Positions 8,587 through 18,922 of a stretch of 64,000 bases of DNA are shown piece by piece. The position numbers and the translations under genes are program-made. Origin of the DNA: a virus (taxonomy: Duplodnaviria > Caudoviricetes); IMG/VR virus record IMGVR_UViG_3300033142_001600, positions 715 through 64,714 of that record. One strand, 5' to 3'. Position 1 is the stretch's first letter; each line of letters begins with the position of its first letter. The notes below the pieces were generated by a model, which worked only from the letters and a program-made list of their open reading frames with translations, did not search any database and had not been told where the DNA came from.

Positions 8587-8861
8587 AATAAATCTCCTAT
8601 CCTGCAGTTGATAACTCTTTGAGTTCTCAACAGGGTTATGGTAGAACGTATCTACCTGGTTAATAAAATTAAATATTCATTATAAATAAAAAGAAAGTCT
8701 TTTGATTTTAAAACTTAATGAGTGTAGCGAGTTTTAGCGAGCGGAGCGAGCGTTTCAAATGTTGTAATAATTACTTGTTTACTTGCTTAGTGAAAGTTGA
8801 CTAACCTAAGATTAAAGGTTTGCAAGGAGATAAGTTTTGTCATTCAGAGCCCCGAAGGGCT

Positions 8862-9044
8862 CTATTTTGTGATTTCTTTCAATTCTGCTATTCTTTTTCC
8901 AGAGCAGGTATCGCAGATGCCATGAGATGTTCCGTATATTCCTCCCCCATCTTTTGTTCCAATAAATTTTTTACAATACATGCAGATGGTGTAAATGACT
9001 GTGGAGTACTTGTCTGATGTTTCCATTTTTCCTATTTCCAGCAT
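8862..9044 (-). CDS. small Zn-finger protein
   Basis: CMYC...SHGICDTC; AGGAGG RBS. Confidence 0.65.
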   Translation of the reverse strand: MLEIGKMETSDKYSTVIYTICMYCKKFIGTKDGGGIYGTSHGICDTCSGKRIAELKEITK

Positions 9045-9207
9045 AATATCCTCCTTTTTATAGTTTTAGCAAGCATAAGCCCATTAGACATAGAATTAAT
9101 GCTAACCAAGCGAGGTTAACACTAGCTCCAACCATGAATAAGATTATTCCCAAAGATCCAGTATAAGTTGCCATAAACTATTCTCCTTTTTTTGAATTAA
9201 GTAAGAT

Positions 9208-9265
9208 AGATCCACCCCAAACCACAGTATATTGAGAATTTGCTGTGGCTCAGGATTGAGCTACT
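9208..9265 (-). repeat. 58-bp intergenic hairpin repeat, copy 1
   Basis: near-identical to 9460-9517. Confidence 0.85.
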
Positions 9266-9425
9266 CTTTTTCTAGTCTTGAGATATCGGCGAGCCTTTTT
9301 AGTTCAACTTTGTCGCCTTGTTCCCATGCAGATAACATAGCCTTTGTAAGATTGTCGAGTGGTGGACGTGCTGGTTTAATTTCTTGTTGAAAATTTTCTG
9401 CCAAACTTAAGTTTACATTATACAT
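9261..9425 (-). CDS. small hypothetical protein (54 aa, not in ORF track)
   Basis: AGGAG RBS; MYNVNLSLAENFQQEIK...LEKE*. Confidence 0.6.
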   Translation of the reverse strand: MYNVNLSLAENFQQEIKPARPPLDNLTKAMLSAWEQGDKVELKRLADISRLEKE

Positions 9426-9459
9426 TTTAATTCTCCTTTTTTAAGGTTTAGAAAGAAAC

Positions 9460-9517
9460 AGATCCACCCCAAACCACAGCATATTGAGAATTTGCTGTGA
9501 TCTGAGATTGAGCTACT
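9460..9517 (-). repeat. 58-bp intergenic hairpin repeat, copy 2
   Basis: near-identical to 9208-9265. Confidence 0.85.
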
Positions 9518-9785
9518 TGGTCAAGTGTTCTAACTCGACTTTGCGAGGTTTGAACCCAGCAAGATTACCCCACCTATTACCGAAAGTACTCCCAAACGTA
9601 GGAGCTTTCTTTTTGTCACATTGGTGGAGAAGTGCTAATGCTGCGTCAACAACACATAACTTATGTTTGCGACACCATGCCAAAGCATGATTAGCAACTG
9701 TTGAATGAGGGAAAACGACAAGAATACGGCAAAGTTTGCCAGACTTTACTTTAATTACTTTATCCTGGACAAATAAGTTATTCAT
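9513..9785 (-). CDS. hypothetical protein
   Basis: AAGGAG RBS. Confidence 0.65.
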   Translation of the reverse strand: MNNLFVQDKVIKVKSGKLCRILVVFPHSTVANHALAWCRKHKLCVVDAALALLHQCDKKKAPTFGSTFGNRWGNLAGFKPRKVELEHLTK

Positions 9786-10084
9786 GGTATATCTCCTTTA
9801 GTTGGTCATCCATTTTGCAACAATGACGACAGTTATTAACGCAACAACAATCATACCACCAAACATTAAGAAACCTTCGATACCAGTCATAATATTCTCC
9901 TTTTTTATCTTAGAAAGATAGACCAACTCCAGATTACAATGCTGAATGTTAAGGTTAGTAAAGTGAATAGGGATAGGGTACCCCCTATACAAAATATAAA
10001 TATACTTTTTAATATATAATAAGATAGAGGGAGGTCCCAACTATATTCTGGGAAGTTTTGAAAAATCCAACTTTTTCGTTTTTT

Positions 10085-10100
10085 TGGTATAGTTATTGCA
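10085..10100 (+). promoter_or_regulatory. sigma54-type promoter motif at start of rightward block
   Basis: TGGTATAGTTATTGCA, GG-N10-GC. Confidence 0.7.
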
Positions 10101-10135
10101 TATATTTTTGATAAAAATATAATAGGAGTAATACT

Positions 10136-10555
10136 ATGCTTGACCTAAAGACAAATTTAGATTTAAAATCAATCTTTGATTTAATTCAAAAAATAAAAAA
10201 AGGTATAAAACAAAAAAGTTGTATAACAATAACTGAATCTGATAACTATACAGTAGAACCCGGTTTACGTATTTTAATAGAAACTAAAAATTATAAAACA
10301 AAAGAATATATGTATTTTAAAAGAAATATATCGGAAAGTGAACTTATTCACACAGAAAGAGATTTACATTATACTATAATCGAAAAAACTATAGAAGAAG
10401 CTAATGATTATTTTAGAGAAGAACAGACAGTAGGTTTATGTGAAGAATGTGGAAAACAATTAACTAACAAAGAAATAAATGAAGGTATTACAGTTTGTGA
10501 AAAATGTGCTACTGGTCTATATGGGTATGAAGAAGAATATAATAAAGGAAAATAA
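10136..10555 (+). CDS. hypothetical protein with C-terminal Zn-finger
   Basis: AGGAG RBS; CEEC...CEKC. Confidence 0.7.
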   Translation: MLDLKTNLDLKSIFDLIQKIKKGIKQKSCITITESDNYTVEPGLRILIETKNYKTKEYMYFKRNISESELIHTERDLHYTIIEKTIEEANDYFREEQTVGLCEECGKQLTNKEINEGITVCEKCATGLYGYEEEYNKGK

Positions 10556-10560
10556 ATAAT

Positions 10561-10869
10561 ATGGAAACAAAAGAACGCTATTATCCTTGTGGAATTGATG
10601 GAAAATGTGACGAGAGATGTGAATATTATTACAAAGATCATGCATGTTTAAATGCCCAAAGACGTGCGTATAATGCAGTATCACGTGATAAAGCATATGA
10701 TTTTTTTATAAGCAAAGGTATAGATGTTACAATGCACGTACACGGTTATCTCTTAGATAATCGTTTTATATTTTCACCTACATCTAATAAATGGAGAAGT
10801 ACAAAAAGAAATAAGTGGTATAGAAGTTCTGGACCAGAAACTTTTTATAAAAAATATTTTGTTAAATAA
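10561..10869 (+). CDS. hypothetical protein
   Basis: RBS, operon context. Confidence 0.65.
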   Translation: METKERYYPCGIDGKCDERCEYYYKDHACLNAQRRAYNAVSRDKAYDFFISKGIDVTMHVHGYLLDNRFIFSPTSNKWRSTKRNKWYRSSGPETFYKKYFVK

Positions 10870-11255
10870 AAATAATTAATATTTTAAGATAACAACAGGA
10901 TTCAAACTATGAAATACAACCTACACTTCTACGAAAAAAATAAATTAAAAGAAATTATAACAAGTAACGCTTTTATGTATGGTGAAGGTAATAAGTTTTT
11001 ATCTTATGATATTCCTTCTACGTATGATAAATTAAAATTATTTGACAAAGATAACAGATATATAATAACTTATCGATATGTTGAAAGACAAGAGAATAAA
11101 TCCATATTTAGGAGATAAAACAAATAATGAAAATACTTATTAACATACTAATTAGGTTTTTAGTTATTTTTGATTTAATACTTTTTTGTTATTATTTTAA
11201 GTTAGATCACCACCTTTATATTTTATTTAATAAATTTTAAAAACGGAGATAAGTA

Positions 11256-11420
11256 ATGAAAATAACTAATAAAAGATACAGTGAGTTAATAGAAGCAGAG
11301 ATGACATTAAACTCTCTGTACGCTGCTGGGGTAGATAATTGGGAAGGCTGGGATATAGCTATGGAATCGTTAGAAGAAATAAAACAAACAAACAAAAAAT
11401 TAGATATAGAAGAAGGATAA
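11256..11420 (+). CDS. small phage protein (GVDNWEGW motif; not in ORF track)
   Basis: GGAG RBS; L.AAGVDNWEGW motif seen in small phage proteins. Confidence 0.65.
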   Translation: MKITNKRYSELIEAEMTLNSLYAAGVDNWEGWDIAMESLEEIKQTNKKLDIEEG

Positions 11421-11424
11421 CTAT

Positions 11425-11721
11425 ATGAACTTTTACAAAAAAAATAAAGGTAAAATAAAAGATATACCATTAACAATTAAAAGATCTGTTTATAATCTCC
11501 TAAAAGAAATCGACTTTGACGAGGTGGATGGGTTATTAAAGGATAAAAACAGTAGTATAACATCTAGAGAAATTGATGGGTTACAAATAACTGTATCCAA
11601 AAATTCAATTATGGTATTTATTAAAATGAAATATTATGATTTAGATACCAAAATGCTAAGTGACGATAAAATCTTAACATTTAAAGTTAAACGTACTGAA
11701 GTTGAGGATTTATGTAAATGA
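11425..11721 (+). CDS. hypothetical protein
   Basis: AAGGA RBS. Confidence 0.6.
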   Translation: MNFYKKNKGKIKDIPLTIKRSVYNLLKEIDFDEVDGLLKDKNSSITSREIDGLQITVSKNSIMVFIKMKYYDLDTKMLSDDKILTFKVKRTEVEDLCK

Positions 11722-12603
11722 CCTTTCTTAAAAAGCTAATACAAAATTATATAGACAAAGCAAAAGGTGAACGCGAAGCTATACTAAGAATGTTAAAAAT
11801 TTGCTCTGAAGGCTATTTTCGTTATAACATAATAAACCACAGTGGTGGTTTTTTAAATTTTAGAATATCCTTCTGGGAATACATAATAAAAGGACTTTAA
11901 CAAATAAAAAAAATTATCTGTTAGGGGAATGAAATGAAGAAAGAAACTTGTTGTGAATATGGAAAAAAATTAATGATTGATGAAATGGAAATCTATGCAA
12001 AATGTCAAAAAAAATGGGATGATGAAGATAAAAAATATGTTAACTGTAAGGAGTGTACCCCTTTAGGGTATTATCTAACTGATGGTTTTTATATCAGTCG
12101 TAAAAGTGCTCACAATCTTGGTTTAATTTAGGATACAAATATGCAAATAATTAAAAAAATAATATTATTTATTTTATTAATTTTATTTTTGTTAAATTTA
12201 AAATGTTCTCATACAGTAACAAAATTAGAACCCTCTACGCCTTCTAATATTGAAATAGGTGAAACATAAAAAGAAATAATTAAAAAACTTGGCTCAGACC
12301 CAAGAAAAGTAAGTTTATTACCTTGGAGTAAATAAATGAATAAATTACAATTTACTATGGCTATAGCTATAGCTAATTCGTATAACGGGCTTAATGGTGA
12401 CTTTGATATAAAAAAACTAGAAATATTTGATGGATTTGCTCTTGATACTTTTGAACCTGTTGAAGTTACAATATATGATGTAGCAAAACTAATTAAGTTT
12501 ATGTGTTGGAGATCTGACAGGTCATACATTAAAAGCGTACTACATATAATAAATATAAACAAAAAAAAATTTATTATAAAAAAAGATTAAACTTGTTAAG
12601 ATT

Positions 12604-12619
12604 TGGCACAAAGATTGCA
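12604..12619 (+). promoter_or_regulatory. sigma54-type promoter motif
   Basis: TGGCACAAAGATTGCA. Confidence 0.8.
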
Positions 12620-12878
12620 TGATTATACTGCATAAATGAAAAGCACCCTTACACTGTCGAATTTAAAATATAATTAATATAAAAGGAGATAGTATGCAAT
12701 TTTTTTATAAATGGTTCGTATCGGAAAAGGAAGTGGTGAATAACTTACCACTAATGTTACCAAGGAAATTAAAAGAAAATCAACTAGACAACCTTATTAA
12801 GAAGGTAAGAAAACTATTATTTTTTAAAAAATTAAGAAAAAATTTAGGCGTAACATAAAAAGGTAAGTAAACAATGCT

Positions 12879-13115
12879 ATGAAAACAAGCTTTTTTTGGG
12901 ATAAGGTTAGTAAATGTAACCATAAAAACTTATCTGATCATTACGTATCTCTTAAATGTAATACTCCATACTGCCCTGGGTATGAGGTACGTTGTTTAGA
13001 TTGTGGTGTTTACCTTTCTAAATGTGGCTGTGGTCAATGTAACGGAATGTCTGGTTGGTCAGACGCTCAATGGAAAACTTATTATAAAAACAAAAGGACG
13101 GTAAAGAATGGCTGA
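12879..13115 (+). CDS. Cys-rich hypothetical protein
   Basis: multiple Cys pairs. Confidence 0.65.
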   Translation: MKTSFFWDKVSKCNHKNLSDHYVSLKCNTPYCPGYEVRCLDCGVYLSKCGCGQCNGMSGWSDAQWKTYYKNKRTVKNG

Positions 13116-13910
13116 TACAGCAGAATTAAAAAAACATATTACTCTTATAGAAGATAAACTAAAAATTAGTATAAGTAAAATTCTTGGAGAACTTGAAATA
13201 CCTGTAGATTTTGATTTAAACGATATATCTATTGACTTTAGACCAGTCCAAGAACTTGGGCGAATTACAAAAAACTATGTATTGAGAAATGTTAGATTAA
13301 ATGTCAATTGGATATCACACGAATACTAGTCATAAGATGAGCTTGAAAAAAGTAATCTATTTAACAATTAAATAACCGTATGACACTATAAAAGGAAAAA
13401 TAAATAATGAAAATAACTAAAATAGAAAATGTTAATACTTACTTAATTACAACGGATAAAACTAAGTATACAAGGTATGGTCCAAACAACTGGTTTATAG
13501 CAATAGATATAAGTGAAAAATCTGTTACTAATAATAAAAAACTAGAATCATGTTTTCAAGAATATATGAATAAAAATAACATGCTTGGAAAAGGATAACA
13601 ATTTATTAAAGGTAAAGCCGCCAAAATTTTTAAAGAAAGTGGTTAATTATAGGATAAGCTTGAAAAAAGTAAGCTGTTTAAAGATTAAATAATAACATAT
13701 GATAAGAAAGGAGGATAAAATGAAGAAATGGATAGATAACGCAGATTATGAATCTCTTTTGAGAAAATGGAGATTCGCTAAAACTGGTGATGCTCTCTTT
13801 CAAGGAGATCTCGGAAAATATTACAGTAAGATAATATCTAAAAAGAAAAATGAATTAGATTCAGCAGAACAAGTTAGGATTAGTAAATCTGTTGGTTGGG
13901 GGCTTTAGTT

Positions 13911-13926
13911 TGGCACGGATATTGCA
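13911..13926 (+). promoter_or_regulatory. sigma54-type promoter motif upstream of the ORF preceding dnaK
   Basis: TGGCACGGATATTGCA, exact RpoN consensus. Confidence 0.85.
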
Positions 13927-14240
13927 ATGTATATAGATCGTAATACAAAACAAGGAGACATGCTTGGTAAGTACTATATTCTCAAGGAGAAGTTAAAAAC
14001 TTTATGTTGTTCTAAAATTTTTAAAGCTGGTGATATTGTTTTAGTACGTTTATATTCTAGTAAAAATAGGTTATTGATTATAGATATGAATACAACACAC
14101 AGAAGTATCCATAAAGTAAAAAGATCTAATTTAAATAGAGTATCTGAAGAATATAAGGATTATCAAGACTATTATGGGTAAACTTATATAAATTAAATAA
14201 ATAAATTAAATAAATAAATTAATTAAGGAGATTTTATAAC

Positions 14241-16121
14241 ATGAGTAAAATAATAGGTATAGATTTAGGAACTACTAATTCTTGTATAGCTGTTGTAGAA
14301 AACAATGAGCCTAAGATTTTAAATAACAACGAAGGCGGTAGAACTATACCATCTATTATAGCTATGACAGATAAAGATGAACGGCTAGTAGGCACATTAG
14401 CAAAAAGACAGGCTGTTACTAATGCAAAAAACACAGTCTTTGCAATCAAAAGACTTATTGGAAGAAAATTTGATGATATAGAAGTTCAAAAAACTAAAAA
14501 GATGGTACCGTTTGAAATAATAGAAACACAAGGAAAAAATATATCTATAAAAATAAAAAATAAAAAATATAATCCTATAGAAATTTCTTCTATGCTTCTC
14601 AGCGAAATAAAACAAATAGCTAATACTTATTTTAATGAAGAAATCACAGATACTGTAATTACTGTTCCAGCATACTTTAATGATAATCAACGACAAGCAA
14701 CAAAAGACGCTGGAGAAATAGCTGGATTAAATGTCTTACGTATTATTAATGAACCTACTGCTGCTGCATTAGCTTATGGTTTAGCTAAAAAATTAAATGA
14801 AAAAATAGCAGTATTTGATTTGGGTGGTGGTACTTTTGATGTTTCTATATTAGAAATTGGAGATGGTGTGTTTGAAGTTAAATCTACAAACGGTAACACT
14901 TTTCTTGGTGGCGAAGACTTTGATGCCCGTATTGTTGAATGGTTAGCAGATGAATTTAAAAAGGAACAAGGCCTAGATCTTAAAACAGATCAAATAGCTC
15001 TTCAACGCCTTAAAGAGGCTGCTGAAAAAGCCAAGTGTGAACTTTCAAGTACTTTAGAAACTGATATCAATTTACCTTTTATTACTGCTGATACAAATGG
15101 CCCAAAGCATTTAGTTACTAAACTTACTAGGGCTAAACTTGAAAATTTAGTTGAAAGTTTGATTGATAGTCTTGATGAACCTTGTATTACAGCTTTGAGA
15201 GATGCGGGCCTTAACAAACCAGATATAGATGAAGTTTTACTAGTTGGTGGTATGACACGTATGCCAAAAATACAAGAAAAAATAGAAAAAATATTTTCAA
15301 AGAAACCTAATAAGAATGTCAATCCCGATGAAGTAGTAGCAATTGGAGCAGCTATTCAAGGAGCTATTTTAAGTGGTGATATTCAAGATGTCGTTCTTTT
15401 AGATGTAACTCCTTTATCTCTTGGTATTGAAACACTTGGTCAAGTTATGACTAAGTTGATTGAAAAAAATACTACTATCCCTATTAAAGAAAATAAAGTA
15501 TTTACAACTGCAACAGATAATCAAAACTCTGTAAGTATTCATGTGCTTCAAGGAGAACGTGAAATGGCTTATGGTAATAAAACAATTGGAAGATTTGAAT
15601 TAGTTGGAATTCCTCCAGCTATTCGAGGGATACCACAAATAGATGTTTCTTTTGATATAGATGCTAACGGTATTTTAAACGTTACAGCCAAAGACTTAGC
15701 TACAAACAAAGAACAGTCTATTAAGATTCAAGCCTCTAGTGGGCTCAGTGATGAGGAAATTGAAAAAATGAAGAAAGACGCAGAACTTCATGCAGAAGAA
15801 GATAAAAAACAAAAAGAATTAGTAGAAATTAAAAATCAAACCAGTGCTTTAATATACAGTGTTGAAAAAAGTTTAGAAGAATTTAAAGATGATGTTGATG
15901 AAGAAACCAAAAAAACAATAAAAGAAAAAATAGAAGAGATTAATAAACTCATAGAAGGTGATGACATAGAAGCTATTAAAAAGACACAGGGTGAGCTTAT
16001 GCAATTTTCACAAAAACTATCAGAAATGATGTATAAGAAAAACAACCCTGACGCACAAAAAGCTGAAGGACAATCAAGTGAAGATACTACAGAAAAAACA
16101 CAAACAACTACCCAGGTTTAA
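14241..16121 (+). CDS. dnaK: molecular chaperone DnaK (Hsp70)
   Basis: [47 protein letters not shown]. Confidence 0.99.
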   Translation: MSKIIGIDLGTTNSCIAVVENNEPKILNNNEGGRTIPSIIAMTDKDERLVGTLAKRQAVTNAKNTVFAIKRLIGRKFDDIEVQKTKKMVPFEIIETQGKNISIKIKNKKYNPIEISSMLLSEIKQIANTYFNEEITDTVITVPAYFNDNQRQATKDAGEIAGLNVLRIINEPTAAALAYGLAKKLNEKIAVFDLGGGTFDVSILEIGDGVFEVKSTNGNTFLGGEDFDARIVEWLADEFKKEQGLDLKTDQIALQRLKEAAEKAKCELSSTLETDINLPFITADTNGPKHLVTKLTRAKLENLVESLIDSLDEPCITALRDAGLNKPDIDEVLLVGGMTRMPKIQEKIEKIFSKKPNKNVNPDEVVAIGAAIQGAILSGDIQDVVLLDVTPLSLGIETLGQVMTKLIEKNTTIPIKENKVFTTATDNQNSVSIHVLQGEREMAYGNKTIGRFELVGIPPAIRGIPQIDVSFDIDANGILNVTAKDLATNKEQSIKIQASSGLSDEEIEKMKKDAELHAEEDKKQKELVEIKNQTSALIYSVEKSLEEFKDDVDEETKKTIKEKIEEINKLIEGDDIEAIKKTQGELMQFSQKLSEMMYKKNNPDAQKAEGQSSEDTTEKTQTTTQV

Positions 16122-16555
16122 CGCGTGTTATGATAAAAAAATTTAAACCACATGAATTATTTTGTTCTACGTGTTTAATACATGAATCTTTTTTTAATAA
16201 TATAGGTGAACACATGGATGAAGAGTGTCCACGATGCGGTAATGCAAGATGTACAAGATATGAAGATTTAACATTAAAGCAAAAAGAAATAGCCGAAAAA
16301 AATTATATAACAAAGAAAAAATTTAAAAGCATAAGAAGTAATTGTTATTTATAAATAGAGGGTAATATGACAAAAAAAGAATTAGTTGAGGCATTAGAAC
16401 GTATCGAGGATGACGCTGTAGTTGTTTGTGCAGATGAAAATGGTGGTTGGGATAATATTATTAAAGTTGGGAAAATTGGAAAAACCCCAGCTATTATTTC
16501 TGGTGGTGGATCTCCATTTAGCGATGGTGGTTAGCTAACCAAAAGGAAAAAGAAT

Positions 16556-17077
16556 ATGTACGTTAAAACATTAGATGATTTAAAAGATAAAAAGTTCACT
16601 ACATTGTATATTGATCCTCCTTGGAGTTATAATAATAGTGGAACTCGTGGTGCTGCTAAAAAACATTATGAGTGTATGACTCTTAAAAAAATAAGAAATC
16701 TACCAGTAAATGGACTATCTAATGATAATTCTCATTTGCATTTATGGACAACTAAAGATTTTGTTTTTGATGCTAAAGACATATTAGAATCTTGGGGTTT
16801 TAAATATAAATCTATGTTCATATGGGTTAAACCACAAATGGGTATGGGAAACTACTGGAGAGTTAGTCACGAAATATTATTGTTTGGCATGAAAGGAAAA
16901 CTTCCGTTTCAAGCTAGAAATAAAAAATCGTGGGTAGAACACCCAAGAATGAAGCATAGTCAAAAACCAGAGGTTGTTCGAAAACTTATCGAAGAAGTCA
17001 GTCCTGGACCGTATTTAGAAATGTTTGGTAGAAAAGATATAGAAGGGTGGACAGTATTTGGAAATGGTATTTTATAA
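16556..17077 (+). CDS. MT-A70 family N6-adenine methyltransferase
   Basis: DPPW, HY..M, HSQKP, LEMFGR...GW..FGN. Confidence 0.93.
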   Translation: MYVKTLDDLKDKKFTTLYIDPPWSYNNSGTRGAAKKHYECMTLKKIRNLPVNGLSNDNSHLHLWTTKDFVFDAKDILESWGFKYKSMFIWVKPQMGMGNYWRVSHEILLFGMKGKLPFQARNKKSWVEHPRMKHSQKPEVVRKLIEEVSPGPYLEMFGRKDIEGWTVFGNGIL

Positions 17078-17591
17078 AATTTAAATTTGAGGAAATAACA
17101 ATGATAAAAAAAGTTAATGGAATAAAAATAGGAGATACGTTTGAATTTGAGGGCGACGAGTTTGAGGTTACAGGATTTAAGTCAAGGTATACTATCTTTG
17201 GTAAAATCAAGGACTATAAGCCAGGTAGTCCTAATACTTGTAAAGTTTCAATAAAAAATATTGTTATGAAAAATAAAGAAATTTCAACCGAATACAAATT
17301 GTTGGTGGCAGATCCATTTTTTTTAATTTAAATTTTAAGAAAGATATCGTTGTTGATATAGCGTTTTTAAATAAGAAATAAGGAGTATGTTATGGACTTC
17401 AAAGAGTGGAAGGGAAGCAAAAAAACTTCTGCAAAAAACTATCGTTGGTATATTACTTCTTGTAGCATATTAAACAGAAATAACGCAGAAAAAGCGGCAG
17501 AAAATGCTTTTGAAGCAGGTAAAACAGAAGGACTAAAAAGAGCAATAAGACTATTAGCAGGCGTTATTATGCCAAATGAAGAATAAACTAA

Positions 17592-17822
17592 ATGGGAATT
17601 TTTGGTTGGATACTTGCCTTAATTAGTATTATAGGTGTTGTACTAAACATAAGAAAGAGAGCGTCTGGTTTTATTTTTTATACTATTGCTAATGTTGGCT
17701 GGGTGTATGTTAATCTAAGACATGAGATATATGCTCAAGCTTTTTTGTTTTTAGTTTTTACTGGTTTATCAATATTTGGTTGGTATGATTGGAAATTTCA
17801 AAAAAGGAAAAATAATGAATAA
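17592..17822 (+). CDS. small 3-TM PnuC-like membrane protein
   Basis: three hydrophobic helices; GV.LN, N..W, G.Y.W pattern. Confidence 0.6.
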   Translation: MGIFGWILALISIIGVVLNIRKRASGFIFYTIANVGWVYVNLRHEIYAQAFLFLVFTGLSIFGWYDWKFQKRKNNE

Positions 17823-18184
17823 AAAATCATTTTCTAAACTTAGTCGTGGTGATATTGTTAAACATATAGGCGATACTAAAACATTTATTGTAACTTCTAA
17901 TTATGGTAAAAGAGTAACTGCGACAACAACTGTAGATATGACTAACCCAAACGAGTGGGAATTAGTATTAAAAGCTAAGTATGATAAATCATTTATTACA
18001 TCAAACATATTAGATAATATTAAAGACCTCGAACCTATATTTTCTAAAACGGTAGATAAAAACTTTTGGGATTTAATATGATTTTTAAAATATAACTATT
18101 TGGGCCGCAAAAAAAATTAACAAAAGAAGAAATAACATTGAAAAAGTTGAACCAAACAAAAAAATAAGGTAAAGGAAACAAAAT

Positions 18185-18922
18185 ATGATTTATTATGTTT
18201 TTGATGTAGACGGTGTTATTACACTTAGTAAATCTGACATAGATAAAGAAATGGTTGAATGTTTACACCTCTTGTTATATAAATATAAAATAGCTTTTAT
18301 AACAGGTGGAAAAATTAAACAAATAAACAACCAAATTATAACATACCTAAATAAATGTAGTTTAAGTAATTTAATTATAATACCTTTATCTGGTGCAGAA
18401 ATGTGGATATACGAAAATAATAAATGGAATCTTTTATATCAAAACTCTTTTACTATAAAAGAAAAAAATAAAATGATAAATATGTTAGGTAGAATAACAG
18501 CCCCATATAATCCAACAATAGTATATGGAAAACGTATTGAAGATAGGGGTTGTCAAATTACCTGGAGTGCTCACGGACAAGACGCCCCGTATGCAGTAAA
18601 AGAATACTTTGATGTTGATCGTAAGAAAAGAACAGAAATAAAAAATAAACTAGATAAACTATTACCTAAATTTGAAATAAGGATAGGTGGTTGTAGTTCT
18701 ATAGACATCACTAAAAAAGATATTGATAAATCCTACGGTATGAATAAGTTTATTACCATATTTAATTTAAAAAAAGAAAATATTATTTTTATAGGAGATT
18801 CTTTGTTTAAAGGGGGGAATGACCATCCTATTAAAAAAATGGGGATTAAATGTGTAAAAGTAGGTAGTCCACAAGAAACAAAGGTGTTTATAAAAAATAT
18901 AACTAAAGGGGTATTTACATAA
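18185..18922 (+). CDS. HAD-IIB phosphomannomutase-like protein
   Basis: FDVDG, ITGG, IEDRG.QIT.S, IGG..SIDIT..DK, FIGD...GGND. Confidence 0.88.
   Translation: MIYYVFDVDGVITLSKSDIDKEMVECLHLLLYKYKIAFITGGKIKQINNQIITYLNKCSLSNLIIIPLSGAEMWIYENNKWNLLYQNSFTIKEKNKMINMLGRITAPYNPTIVYGKRIEDRGCQITWSAHGQDAPYAVKEYFDVDRKKRTEIKNKLDKLLPKFEIRIGGCSSIDITKKDIDKSYGMNKFITIFNLKKENIIFIGDSLFKGGNDHPIKKMGIKCVKVGSPQETKVFIKNITKGVFT

Noticed and set aside
14189-14226. TAAATTAAATAAA tandem upstream of dnaK
   Set aside because: Low-complexity AT sequence, no CIRCE-like inverted repeat; probably slippage
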